DNA from: a bacterium
GTDB taxonomy: Bacteria > J088 > JAWLBW01
Reading direction: 5' to 3'
Assembly: GCA_041690355.1 (NCBI GenBank)
Contig: JAWLHK010000006.1
Coordinates: 62,001-126,000, forward strand
Length of the DNA: 64,000 bases
Positions 28,156-37,932 of this stretch are shown here, one piece after another (within the stretch, counting starts at the first letter, position 1; every line of letters starts with the position of its first letter). Under the pieces are notes generated by a model. It made no database searches. It saw only the letters and a program-made list of their open reading frames with translations, and was not told the DNA's origin. The position numbers were made by a program, and so were the translations under genes.

Positions 28156-30569
28156 GTACGGGGCCGGTCATCTCGCCTGACGCGTGGGTGCTCAGCTGGG
28201 ATCACTGGGACCCCGCACGCGAGCCGCTGCGCGAGGCGATCTGCACGCTCGGCAACGGCTACTTCGCGACCCGCGGGGCCTTCGAGGAAACGAAGGCCGG
28301 CGGTCCGCACTATCCCGGAACCTATCTTGCGGGGGGCTACAACCGGCTCGAAAGCGAGCTGGCCGGGCGCATCGTCGAGAACGAAGACCTGGTCAACTGG
28401 CCGAACTGGCTGTCGCTGTCTTTTCGGCCCGAAGGGGGCGAATGGGTTACGCCCGGGTCGGTTGAGCTGCTCGCCTTCGAACAGTCCCTCGATCTGCACC
28501 GCGGGATTCTCGAGCGCCGCCTGCGCATCCGCCATGCCGACAGCCGGGAGACGAGCCTCATCAGCCGCCGTCTCGTGCACATGGCGCATCCGCATCTGGC
28601 CGCCATCGAGTGGACGCTCACCGCAGAGAACTGGGCGGGGCGGTTCGAAATCTGCTCCGGTCTCGACGGTACGGTGACCAACCAGGGAGTCGAGCGCTAC
28701 CGGGAACTGAATTCGCGCCATCTCGAGGTGCTCGAGACCGGCCGCCTGGGCGAAGACGGCATCTTTCTCGCGGTACAGACCAACCAGTCGCACCTGCGCA
28801 TGAGCCAGGCGGCGCGCACCCAGGTCTACCTCGATGGGGAAAAAGCGCCCCTGGAGCGCCGGACCCGGGCCGAAGGGGGCGTGGTGGAGCAGCGGCTGTT
28901 GGTCGAGTGCGTTCGCGAGAAGCCGTTGCGCGTCGAGAAGGTCGTGGCCCTGCACTCGTCGCGCGACTTCGCGATCAGCGAGCCGACCCTCGCCGCGCGC
29001 ATCGCCATTTCGCGTGCCGAAGGATTCAGCGCCCTGAGCGAAAGCCACGTGAGGGCCTGGGAGCGCCTCTGGCGCCGGGCCGACCTCGAGATCGGTACCG
29101 GCGATCGCTGGGCGCAACTCGTGCTCCGGCTGCACGTCTTTCACCTTCTGCAGACCACGTCCTTCAACACGATCGACCGCGACGTGGGGGTTCCGGCGCG
29201 CGGGCTGCACGGCGAGGCCTACCGCGGGCACGTCTTCTGGGACGAGCTTTTCATCTTCCCCTTTCTGAACCTGCGGCTCCCCGAGCTCACCCGGTCGCTG
29301 CTCATGTATCGCTACCGGCGGCTCGACACGGCGCGCTGCCTCGCGCGCGAAGCCGGCTTCGCGGGGGCCATGTATCCGTGGCAGAGCGGCAGCAGCGGTC
29401 GCGAAGAGAACCAGGTGCTGCACCTGAACCCCCGCTCGGGCCGCTGGATTCCCGACCCGACGTACCGCCAGCGCCACATCAACGCGGCCATCGCCTACAA
29501 CGTCTGGCAATACTTTCAGGTTACCTTCGATAAGGAGTTTCTCTCCTTTCACGGGGCCGAGATGCTGCTCGAAATCGCAAGGTTCTGGGCCAGCATCGCG
29601 CGCTTCAACGCCGACCGCCAGCGGTACGAGATTCACGGCATCGTCGGACCCGACGAGTTTCACACCGGCTACCCCGACAGCGACGAGCCGGGGCTGAACA
29701 ACAACGCCTATACGAACCTGATGGCCGCCTGGTGCCTGCGCACGGCGCGCCGCGCCCTCGATCTGCTCGAGGGAGAGCGCCGCCTCGAGCTGCGGGAGGA
29801 ACTTCAGATTGCCGATGAGGAACTGCAGCGCTGGGAGGATGTGAGCCGGCGCATGTTTCTGCCGCTGCAGCCCGACGGCGTCATCAGCCAGTTCGAGGGC
29901 TACGAGCTGCTCGCCGAATTCGATTGGGAAGGCTACCGCGGCCGGTACGGCGACATTCACCGCCTCGATCGGATTCTCGAGGCCGAGGGAGACAGCGCGA
30001 ACCGCTACAAGGTGAGCAAGCAGGCCGACGTGGTCATGCTGTTCTACCTGTTTTCGAGCGAGGAACTGGCCGACATGTTTCAGTGGCTCGGCTATCCGTT
30101 CGATCCGGACATGATTCCACGCAACATCCAGTACTACCTTGCCCGCATGTCGCACGGGTCTACGCTGAGCCGGGTCGTGCAGTCGTGGGTGCTGGCCCGA
30201 TCCGATCGCGAAGGGGCGTGGCAGCTGTTTCGCCAGGCGCTCGAGGCCGACATCGGCGACATTCAGCGGGGCACGACCGCCGAGGGGATTCATCTGGGCG
30301 CCATGGCCGGCACGGTCGACCTGCTGCAGCGCGGCCATCTCGGCATCGAGGTGCGCGATGACGTCCTGTGGTTCAATCCCTGTCTGCCGCACGGGCTGGA
30401 TGAGCTCTGCTCGCGCGTGCGTTACCGGGGCCACTGGCTCAGGCTGCGCGTGACGCAGAAGACGCTCGAGGTCACCTTCGACCGCGGCTGGCCGGGCTAC
30501 GTGCGGATCGGCTTTCAGGGCGAAGTCTTTCTCTTCTTCGCAGGGGATACGAAGACCTTTACCCTCTGA
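28152..30569 (+). CDS. Glycoside hydrolase family 65 (disaccharide phosphorylase)
   Basis: LGNGYFATRG, GEAYRGHVFWDE, GPDEFH, KQADV and HGSTLS motifs. Confidence 0.92.
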   Translation: MSTGPVISPDAWVLSWDHWDPAREPLREAICTLGNGYFATRGAFEETKAGGPHYPGTYLAGGYNRLESELAGRIVENEDLVNWPNWLSLSFRPEGGEWVTPGSVELLAFEQSLDLHRGILERRLRIRHADSRETSLISRRLVHMAHPHLAAIEWTLTAENWAGRFEICSGLDGTVTNQGVERYRELNSRHLEVLETGRLGEDGIFLAVQTNQSHLRMSQAARTQVYLDGEKAPLERRTRAEGGVVEQRLLVECVREKPLRVEKVVALHSSRDFAISEPTLAARIAISRAEGFSALSESHVRAWERLWRRADLEIGTGDRWAQLVLRLHVFHLLQTTSFNTIDRDVGVPARGLHGEAYRGHVFWDELFIFPFLNLRLPELTRSLLMYRYRRLDTARCLAREAGFAGAMYPWQSGSSGREENQVLHLNPRSGRWIPDPTYRQRHINAAIAYNVWQYFQVTFDKEFLSFHGAEMLLEIARFWASIARFNADRQRYEIHGIVGPDEFHTGYPDSDEPGLNNNAYTNLMAAWCLRTARRALDLLEGERRLELREELQIADEELQRWEDVSRRMFLPLQPDGVISQFEGYELLAEFDWEGYRGRYGDIHRLDRILEAEGDSANRYKVSKQADVVMLFYLFSSEELADMFQWLGYPFDPDMIPRNIQYYLARMSHGSTLSRVVQSWVLARSDREGAWQLFRQALEADIGDIQRGTTAEGIHLGAMAGTVDLLQRGHLGIEVRDDVLWFNPCLPHGLDELCSRVRYRGHWLRLRVTQKTLEVTFDRGWPGYVRIGFQGEVFLFFAGDTKTFTL

Positions 30570-30626
30570 CCCGACGGCAGCCCGGGGGCCCGGCGCGACC
30601 CCGCGTCCTATGGTAGCGTTTGTAGC

Positions 30627-31253
30627 ATGACGTTTACCGCGGTTACCCGGCGTTATCTGGCATTTGGCGAGACCCGTTTTGCGCTGATCGTATTTCTCGT
30701 GGCGGTCGCCTTCACGGGGGCGCAGACCCCGCTCGACGCCTGGACGGCGCTTGCAGCGGCGGCGGGCGCGCTCTTCTGGCTGCTCATCGAATACCCGATC
30801 CATCGCGGATTTCTGCACATGCCGCGTCCCGAAAGCCCTGCATTCCGGCGCCTGCATGCGCGTCTGCACTCCGGCCACCACCGGGATCCCGACAAACCCG
30901 AGCTCCTCTTCATCCCCTGGTGGGTCACGGCGCCGTCGGCCCTGCTCGTCGGCGGTGTCGCCGTGGCCGCCGCCGGAGACCGGGGCTGGCAGTTCTTCTG
31001 CGGCTTCTGGGGTACCCTGCTGGTCTATGAATGGCTGCACCTGGCCATTCACCTGCGCTATTCGGGGCGCAACCGCGTGTACCGGTTCATCCGCAAGGGG
31101 CACATGCTGCACCACTACAAGAATGAGCGCTACTGGTTCGGGATCACGAACCCGCTTGCCGATTACGTGATGCGAACGCATCCGCAGGCGGGCGAGGTCG
31201 CGACGAGCGAAACGGTGCGCACCCTGGGCTTCGAGCCGCACGCCGGCGACTAA
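30627..31253 (+). CDS. Fatty-acid hydroxylase/sterol desaturase family membrane protein
   Basis: His boxes EYPIHRGFLH, HSGHH, YEWLHLAIH and HMLHH. Confidence 0.85.
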   Translation: MTFTAVTRRYLAFGETRFALIVFLVAVAFTGAQTPLDAWTALAAAAGALFWLLIEYPIHRGFLHMPRPESPAFRRLHARLHSGHHRDPDKPELLFIPWWVTAPSALLVGGVAVAAAGDRGWQFFCGFWGTLLVYEWLHLAIHLRYSGRNRVYRFIRKGHMLHHYKNERYWFGITNPLADYVMRTHPQAGEVATSETVRTLGFEPHAGD

Positions 31254-31274
31254 CGCGTCAGACGTTCCGGCCGA

Positions 31275-33035
31275 TCATCCGGCGAGGGCCGCGAAGAGCA
31301 GGGCGATGAGCACCAGGACGCCCAACGCCCCCGCCGGCCAGCGCTCGACGTTCCGTTCGAAGCGCCGTGCCCCCTTTTCGCCTTTGAGGATCGCCCGCCG
31401 TGCGAGCTTGAACAGTCCGGCGGCCCATTCGCGGGCGCGGTCGGTGGCCGCGACGTCCCACGCGCGGTAGCGCGCCGCCGCGCGGGCGCCGACGCGTGCG
31501 ACGGGGACCAGAATGTCGCCGGGGGGGATCCGGTTCTCCCAACGGCGCAGCGTTTCCGGCGCGGTTCGCAACAGGGCCGCCGTGAGCACAAGGCCGGCGA
31601 GCAGCGGCCACAGGCTGGCCCACTGCGCCGCGGGGGCAAAGGCCTTCAGAGCCGCTTCGCGAATGCCCCGGCCGGGGGCGAACGCGAACGCGGCGGTGGC
31701 CAGCACCGTCACGATCCCCCACGCTGCCGTCATCGATCGGGGCAGGGGGCCGTGCGCGGGCTCGGCCAGGAGGCGGCGTGCAAGAAACAGAAAGCGCAGC
31801 ATGAGGACGGTGGTGCCCACGGCGGTGAGCGGCAGCAGGGGACTTACCCAGGCCGGGGCGGCGTCGCCCGCCGCCTCGACGACCCCCTTGAGGGCGGCCT
31901 TGGCGGCCGCACCTCCGCTCAGCGGGGCGCCGGCCAGCGCGGCGGCGGGCAGGGCGAGGGCGACGAGGATGGTCGCATGACGACGTCGGGACCCGCCGCC
32001 GAAGCCCCGCGCGACGCCGACGCCGAGAAAAAGAGCCGACTTGGCCAGGGCGTGGTGAAAGGCATAGACCGCCGCCGCCGTCACCGCATAGGGCCAGGCC
32101 GCCGGCGCGATCATGCCGATGCCGAGGGGCACGGTCATCAGCCCCATCTGGCTGATGCTCGAGTAGGCGAGCACGGTCTTCGGGTTCGATTGCATGGTCC
32201 CGGCCGCGACGCCGAGCACGGCCGCCGCGAGGCCGAGGGTGAGAAATGTCTGGCCCCAGGCCTCGAGGGGCACGATTCCGCCAGGGAGCACGCGCAGCCA
32301 GCCGAGGAGCCCGGCCTTGATCATTACGCCGCTCAGCACGGCGCTGGCCGGAGTCGGCGCCGCGGGGTGGGCGAGCGGCAGCCAGACGTGAAGCGGGATG
32401 GCGCCGGCTTTGATGCCGAATCCGGCGAACGTGAACAGTACGATCCAGTCGCGGTGCGGCGCGTCGGCGAGCGGCGCGGCCAGGCGCCCGAAAGGAACAT
32501 TGCCGCATTCGTACACGGCGAGCGCCACGCCCGGAAAAAGCAGCAGCTCGCCCAGGACGACGAGCATGATGTAGACGCGCCCCGCCTGAAAGGCTGTCGG
32601 GGTCTGCTCGTGCACGATGATGCCGTAGCCCGAGACGCTCAAGACCGCGAAGAACAGGTAGTAACCGAGCAGATCGGCGGCGACGATGAGCCCGATGTTT
32701 CCCGCGGCGGCCAGCAGGAAGTACGCGAAGAAGCGGTGGCGCTTCCGATCCTCGCGCAGGTAGCCGGCCGCGTAGGCCGCCGCGAGTCCCCAGAGCGGGG
32801 CGGAGAAGAGGAGAAAGGTGCGCCCGAGGTCGTCGAGATTCAGACGGAGGCCGAGAAAGACCCAGGGGAACTCAACCGGGCCGCCCGCCGGAAGCAACGC
32901 GGCGGCAAATCCCGGCAGCAGCGTCCATGGGGCCAGGCGCATGGCTATCGGGCGCAGGCTGCCGAAGATCAGGAGGCCGGCGACCAGCAGCGGCACGAGC
33001 ACCGACAATGCCGGCAACAGCGAGACCACGGTCAT
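31275..33035 (-). CDS. Mrp-type antiporter subunit, MrpD/NuoL-like (third copy)
   Basis: KAGAIPLHVWLPLAHPAAPTPASAVLSG and LAYSSISQMG. Confidence 0.85.
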   Translation of the reverse strand: MTVVSLLPALSVLVPLLVAGLLIFGSLRPIAMRLAPWTLLPGFAAALLPAGGPVEFPWVFLGLRLNLDDLGRTFLLFSAPLWGLAAAYAAGYLREDRKRHRFFAYFLLAAAGNIGLIVAADLLGYYLFFAVLSVSGYGIIVHEQTPTAFQAGRVYIMLVVLGELLLFPGVALAVYECGNVPFGRLAAPLADAPHRDWIVLFTFAGFGIKAGAIPLHVWLPLAHPAAPTPASAVLSGVMIKAGLLGWLRVLPGGIVPLEAWGQTFLTLGLAAAVLGVAAGTMQSNPKTVLAYSSISQMGLMTVPLGIGMIAPAAWPYAVTAAAVYAFHHALAKSALFLGVGVARGFGGGSRRRHATILVALALPAAALAGAPLSGGAAAKAALKGVVEAAGDAAPAWVSPLLPLTAVGTTVLMLRFLFLARRLLAEPAHGPLPRSMTAAWGIVTVLATAAFAFAPGRGIREAALKAFAPAAQWASLWPLLAGLVLTAALLRTAPETLRRWENRIPPGDILVPVARVGARAAARYRAWDVAATDRAREWAAGLFKLARRAILKGEKGARRFERNVERWPAGALGVLVLIALLFAALAG

Positions 33036-34528
33036 CGGCCGTACTCCAGACCGGTGATGAGCCGGCTCCACTCGAGCGGGCTCATCGGAACCTCGGCCAG
33101 AATTCCGGCGGCGGCCACAAGAACGGCCATCACCACGGGCGGCGCCAGCAACAGCCACCTTGTCTCGAGACGGCCCCGCGGGAGCCGCTCATCCCAGGGT
33201 TCCGGCCGCGAACGGAACCACATGTCGTTTACGATCGGCAGAAAATAGGCGGCGTTGAGTAGCGTGCTCACGAGAAGGATGACGATGGCCCAGGGTGAGC
33301 CCCCCTCGAGAGCGCCCAGTCCGAGGTACCATTTCGAGATGAACCCGGCGAGCGGGGGGATGCCGATCATGCCCAGCGCTGCGACGGTGAAGGCGGCGGC
33401 GGTGAGGGGCATGCGCCGCCCCAGGCCGTGCATGCGGCGTACGTCGGTGATGCCGACCGTTTCGGCGAAGTTCCCCGCGCAGAAAAAGAGGGTAATCTTC
33501 ATGATCCCCTGGTGCACGATGTGCACGAGCCCGCCCGTGGTGGCGAAGGCGCCGACGATGGAGGTGCCCAGCACGATGTAGGAGACCTGGCTGATGGTCG
33601 AGAACGCGAGACGGCGCTTGAGGTCGGTCTGGCGCAGGGCCATGATCGAGCCGTAGAGAATCGTCAGTGACGCGAGGACGGCGAGAGGCCCGAGCAGGCC
33701 GAGCTCGGCGCTCAGGCGCACGCCGAAGACGTCATAGACGACGCGGACGATGCCGAACGCGCCCGCCTTGACGACGGCGACGGCGTGCAGCAGCGCGCTG
33801 ACGGGTGCCGGCGCGATCATGGCGATGGGCAGCCAGCTGTGCAGCGGCACGAGCGAAGCCTTGACGCCGAGCCCGGCGATGAGCAGCACGAAGATGACCG
33901 GCAGCACGCCCCGGGCCGAAGGGGGAACGTTGGCGAGCGAACCGGCCTCGGCGAAGTTCACGGGGCCGGCCAGCGCGGTGAGCCAGATGGCCCCGAGCAG
34001 CAGCAGGGCGCCGCCGGCCAGGGTATAGCCGAGATAGACGCGCCCGGCCCGCAGTGCTTCGGGCGTGCCCCGGTGCACGACGAGCGGATAGGTCGCCAGC
34101 GTGAGCATCTCGTAGAAGAGCACGAAGGACAGCAGGTTCGCGGCCATGGCGATGCCGGTGGTCGCGCTGACGCAGAGACTGAAGAAGCCGAAGAAGCGGC
34201 TGCGGTGCGGTGACGATTCCAGATACCCGATGGCATACAGGGTTGTCACCAGCCAGAGCACCGATGAGAGCACGACGAACAGGAGCGAGAGCGGCGCGGC
34301 ATGGAGCGCCAGGTCCTGGCCGGCGAACAGCGGGAAGCGCGCCTCGTACGTCTGCCCCTGGAAGACGCCGACGGCCATGACGGCCACGAGCGCGAGCTTG
34401 AGCACGGCCCCGGTCAGGTTCAGGAGGGTGCGTGCCCAGTAGGCTTCTTCGCGCAACAGGAAGATGACGATGCCCGGCAGCAGGGAACTGAGCACGACGA
34501 ACACGGGAAGCCACTGCGCCGCCGTCAT
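33032..34528 (-). CDS. mrpD: Mrp-type antiporter subunit D family (second copy)
   Basis: FYEMLT, KASLVPLHSWLP, LAFSTISQ and GIPPLAGFISK. Confidence 0.85.
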   Translation of the reverse strand: MTAAQWLPVFVVLSSLLPGIVIFLLREEAYWARTLLNLTGAVLKLALVAVMAVGVFQGQTYEARFPLFAGQDLALHAAPLSLLFVVLSSVLWLVTTLYAIGYLESSPHRSRFFGFFSLCVSATTGIAMAANLLSFVLFYEMLTLATYPLVVHRGTPEALRAGRVYLGYTLAGGALLLLGAIWLTALAGPVNFAEAGSLANVPPSARGVLPVIFVLLIAGLGVKASLVPLHSWLPIAMIAPAPVSALLHAVAVVKAGAFGIVRVVYDVFGVRLSAELGLLGPLAVLASLTILYGSIMALRQTDLKRRLAFSTISQVSYIVLGTSIVGAFATTGGLVHIVHQGIMKITLFFCAGNFAETVGITDVRRMHGLGRRMPLTAAAFTVAALGMIGIPPLAGFISKWYLGLGALEGGSPWAIVILLVSTLLNAAYFLPIVNDMWFRSRPEPWDERLPRGRLETRWLLLAPPVVMAVLVAAAGILAEVPMSPLEWSRLITGLEYGR

Positions 34529-36030
34529 GGCAGGCCTCCGGTCACGGCCGCGAACGGCCGTCCGATGGCCAGAAAGGCGAAGATCGGGTCGGCGAGAAAG
34601 TCGAGCAGCACGGCCGCGATCGCCAGCGTGAGCGCGGCGGCCTCCATCGGCCAGGGTACCTTGCGCAGCCCGGCCGGCGACTTCTGAAACAGCAGGCTGG
34701 GGGCCAGCACCCGAAATACGTATCCGGCGGCCAGCAGACCGCCCCCGTAGATGATCACGGCGTAGGCCCAGTGGCCCCCCCGCACGGCGGCGCTCACCAG
34801 ATTCCACTTTCCCACGAACCCGCCGCTCGGCGGGATGCCGAGAAGCGTCACGCCGGCGAGGGCGAAGGCGAACATGGTGACGGGGAGCGGGCGGGCGATC
34901 CCCTTCAGATCGGCCAGCCGGTCGTGCCCCGCCGCCCACACGACGCATCCGGCGCAGAGAAACAGGGCCGATTTCGCGAGCGCGTGCGAGACAGCATAAT
35001 AGAGGCCGCCGGTCCAGGCCTCGAGATTCCCGTGTGGCGCTCCGAGGGGGAAGAGGAGAAAGAGATAGCCGAGCTGGGCCACGGTCGAGTACGCGATGAG
35101 CATCTTGAGCCGGCGCTGCCGCAGCGCCTGTACCGAACCCCAGACGATGGCCGCCGCCCCCAGTGTGCCCAGAACGGCCGCCGCGTCTGCGGTGGGTAGC
35201 GGGGCGAAGGGGCCGGCCCAGAGGCGCACGAGCAGATAGAAGGAAGCCTTGACCACCAGGCCCGAAAGCGCCGCGCTCACCGGCGCCGGGGCATTGGCGT
35301 GCGCCGCCGGGAGCCAGAAGTGAAGCGGAAACAGGGCCGTCTTGAAGAGCAGGCCGGTGGTCATGAGGGCGAGCGCGGCGAGATCCGAGGACGACGCAAC
35401 CGCGCGCAGCGCCTGCAGGTCGAGCGTCCCGTGAGCCCCGAACAGCAGCGCGACCCCGAGCAGATACAGGAGCGATCCGAGAAGACTCACGAACAGGTAC
35501 CGGATGGCCGCGGTCAGCGCCTCCCGCCCGGCCTGCGCCATGAGCGCCGCCGACGAGAACCCCAGCAGCTCGAGACAGACGTAGAGGTTGAAGGCGTCGT
35601 TCGAGAGAAACAGGGCGTTCAACGAACCCCAGAGAAAGAAGTAAAGGGGCCAGAAGTAGGCGATTGTCGGCTGCGCATCGGTTCCCGACTTCTGCTCCCC
35701 GCCGGACGGCGCACGAATGGAGCGAACCGCGTGGATGCCGGCCAGCAGAAGAACGAGCCCCGTCGTCCCCACAAGAAGCATGCTGAGACCGTCGGCAAGC
35801 CAGTCGATGCCGAGCGGCGCACCCCAGCCGCCGATGCGGTACCGCACGGGGCCCAGACGATGAGTGGTGTAGACGGCCGCGGCGGTACAGATCGGCGTCG
35901 CGGCGAGCCCGAAAAGCGCAGCCGCAATGCGCAGTCGGCGGCCGGCAAGAAAGGCGAGACTCCCGGCGAGAAACGGAACCACGACGCTCCAGACGAGCCA
36001 CGCCTCTGCCGCGACGTCCGGCCCGCTCAT
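34525..36030 (-). CDS. mrpD: Mrp-type antiporter subunit D family (first copy)
   Basis: DAFNLYVCLE, KTALFPLHFWLP and GIPPSGGFVGK. Confidence 0.85.
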   Translation of the reverse strand: MSGPDVAAEAWLVWSVVVPFLAGSLAFLAGRRLRIAAALFGLAATPICTAAAVYTTHRLGPVRYRIGGWGAPLGIDWLADGLSMLLVGTTGLVLLLAGIHAVRSIRAPSGGEQKSGTDAQPTIAYFWPLYFFLWGSLNALFLSNDAFNLYVCLELLGFSSAALMAQAGREALTAAIRYLFVSLLGSLLYLLGVALLFGAHGTLDLQALRAVASSSDLAALALMTTGLLFKTALFPLHFWLPAAHANAPAPVSAALSGLVVKASFYLLVRLWAGPFAPLPTADAAAVLGTLGAAAIVWGSVQALRQRRLKMLIAYSTVAQLGYLFLLFPLGAPHGNLEAWTGGLYYAVSHALAKSALFLCAGCVVWAAGHDRLADLKGIARPLPVTMFAFALAGVTLLGIPPSGGFVGKWNLVSAAVRGGHWAYAVIIYGGGLLAAGYVFRVLAPSLLFQKSPAGLRKVPWPMEAAALTLAIAAVLLDFLADPIFAFLAIGRPFAAVTGGLP

Positions 36031-36362
36031 GGCCGTGGCTCCTCGGCGTCTGCATCGGGGAGGTGGGCTGACCCGGTGGTGGCGTGCACGCGCAGGGTGA
36101 AGGCGATGGCCATGGCCGTGGCGCTCACGGCGACGACGATGCCGGTCAGCACCATGGCCTGGGCCACGGGGTCGGGGGCGCCCGGGACGCCGCGTCCGTA
36201 GCGCGTGGCGACGAGGACGAGAAACACCCCCGTGCCCATGACGTTGACGGCGAGAATCTTGCGGATCAGATGGCGGTGTCGCAGTGTGCCGTACAGGCCG
36301 AGGCTGAAGAGGATCGCCCCCGTCACGCCATAGAGCTGGCCGGTGTCCAGAACGGGCATCAC
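36027..36362 (-). CDS. mrpC: Mrp antiporter subunit C
   Basis: LIRKILA and DPVAQAMVLTGIVV. Confidence 0.9.
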   Translation of the reverse strand: MMPVLDTGQLYGVTGAILFSLGLYGTLRHRHLIRKILAVNVMGTGVFLVLVATRYGRGVPGAPDPVAQAMVLTGIVVAVSATAMAIAFTLRVHATTGSAHLPDADAEEPRP

Positions 36363-37066
36363 TCTCCCCGCGTGGTGAAGAGGCCCCCACGGAAAAGGTG
36401 CACGAGCGCGAGCCCGATGGAGACGGCCGCCGCGGCTTCGATGGTCAGGATGAGCACTTTCGCGTATGCGGGGGGGTAATCGAGGAATTCCCGTCCGGCC
36501 GCGGCCGTGGCGGCCCCGATCAGGCCGAAGACGCCGAACCCGGCCAGGATGGCCGCGCGCAGCAGCGCGGCCGGAATCGCAAGCGGAAAGGGGGTGGCGG
36601 TCACGAGCAGCATGACTCCGGCGGCGGCGAGCAGGGCGCCCGCCTGAAAGGCGCCGCCCGGGGCCTCGGCGCCGCGCCAGAGCAGGTAGCCGGCGGCGAC
36701 GACAAGGGTCGGCAGAAAGATCTGCAGAAACGCCTCGAGCACGGGGCCGGTCGGCAGCGACGCCGCACCCTCGGCGACGATGCGGCCTTGGGGCGGGGCG
36801 ATGGACCAGACGGCAAAGAGCGCGAGCAGTACGACGCCGATCTCGAGCAGGGTGTCGAAGGCCCTGAAATTCAGCAGCACGGCCGTCACCGGATGGGATA
36901 CGCCCGACTCGTCGACGCGGTCGAGAACCGCGCCGTGAAGATCGTCGGCGGGCCGGGCCAGCCCGGCGACGGCCGACAGGAGCCCGACGGCGAAGAGCCC
37001 TCCGAAGGCGGCGGTCATGGCCCCGAGCACGCGGCCGCCGCCCGTCTTCTCATAGCGCTCACTCAT
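36359..37066 (-). CDS. mrpB: Mrp antiporter subunit B (extended)
   Basis: HPVTAVLLNFRAFDTLLE and APGGAFQAG. Confidence 0.85.
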   Translation of the reverse strand: MSERYEKTGGGRVLGAMTAAFGGLFAVGLLSAVAGLARPADDLHGAVLDRVDESGVSHPVTAVLLNFRAFDTLLEIGVVLLALFAVWSIAPPQGRIVAEGAASLPTGPVLEAFLQIFLPTLVVAAGYLLWRGAEAPGGAFQAGALLAAAGVMLLVTATPFPLAIPAALLRAAILAGFGVFGLIGAATAAAGREFLDYPPAYAKVLILTIEAAAAVSIGLALVHLFRGGLFTTRGE

Positions 37067-37331
37067 GGCTTTTTCCTGCGGGGCGCTCGCCGAGGGGGCT
37101 GAGGCGGCCGAGGGCATTCCAGAAAAGGGCGCCGGTCAATCCGGCGCCGATGGCGGCCTCGGCAAGGGCGACGTCGGGGGCGTTCAGGCGGCTCCAGGCG
37201 ACGGCGGCGATCAGACCGAAAGAGACCAGCAGCACGGTGGCGCGATAGAGATCGGGCGTGCGCAGCAGCCACACGGCCAGCAGCACGAGGGTCACGGCAA
37301 CGAGCAGATCGAGCAGCGCCAGGATAATCAC
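37059..37331 (-). CDS. DUF4040/MbhD-like Mrp subunit
   Basis: LNAPDVALAEAAIGAG; GTGA overlap with mrpG. Confidence 0.85.
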   Translation of the reverse strand: MIILALLDLLVAVTLVLLAVWLLRTPDLYRATVLLVSFGLIAAVAWSRLNAPDVALAEAAIGAGLTGALFWNALGRLSPLGERPAGKSHE

Positions 37332-37651
37332 GGCCTTCTCCACGGTTCGATTCCGGCGTGCAGGGCTGCGCGGGCCACGGTATGGCAGGCGGTCGTGCTG
37401 GCGGCGAGCACGAGCAGCCAGATGGCGAGCAGCTTGAGCACCGTGTAGAAAGACGCCGAGGCGAGCATCAGGCCCAGCGTGGTGAGTCCGAGCCCCGCAT
37501 TGTCGGCCTTGGTGAGCGCGTGCAGGCGCGTGAAGACGTCGGGAAAGCGCAGCAGCCCGACGGTGCCGGCCAGAAAGAATCCGAAACCGGCCGCCAGGCA
37601 GAGCGTGGCGGCAAACTCGACCAGGGCGTGCAGGAGGGAATTGTCCGTCAT
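37328..37651 (-). CDS. mrpG: Mrp antiporter subunit G
   Basis: GLLRFPDVFTRLHALTK. Confidence 0.9.
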   Translation of the reverse strand: MTDNSLLHALVEFAATLCLAAGFGFFLAGTVGLLRFPDVFTRLHALTKADNAGLGLTTLGLMLASASFYTVLKLLAIWLLVLAASTTACHTVARAALHAGIEPWRRP

Positions 37652-37932
37652 TCCGCAAGTCCTCGGGGCCGCGTGGGTGGCCGCCAGAGACGGCGCACGA
37701 AGGCCACCAGGGTCACGGCGCCGAGCAGGGCAAACACGAGGGCGACGTCGAGCAGGGCGGGGATGCGCATGGCGAAGGCGAGCACGAGCAGGATGGCGAC
37801 GCCTGTGGTGCCGAAAAGCTGTGCCGCGAGCATGCGGTCGACGAGCGTGGGCCCCCGCCAGACACGAAGGAGTCCCGCGGCGAGAGTGAACATGAGCAGC
37901 GGCGCGGCCAGCAGTATGGCCCAGGCGATCAT
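37648..37932 (-). CDS. mrpF: Mrp antiporter subunit F
   Basis: RGPTLVDRMLA and LDVALVFALLG. Confidence 0.9.
   Translation of the reverse strand: MIAWAILLAAPLLMFTLAAGLLRVWRGPTLVDRMLAAQLFGTTGVAILLVLAFAMRIPALLDVALVFALLGAVTLVAFVRRLWRPPTRPRGLAE

Noticed and set aside
28086-31241. 1051-aa minus-strand ORF
   Set aside because: Antisense shadow of the GH65 and desaturase genes
33032-36055. 1007-aa ORF suggesting a giant MrpA-like protein
   Set aside because: The N-terminal half is an Arg-rich off-frame reading of the upstream gene; the real start is ATG 34528
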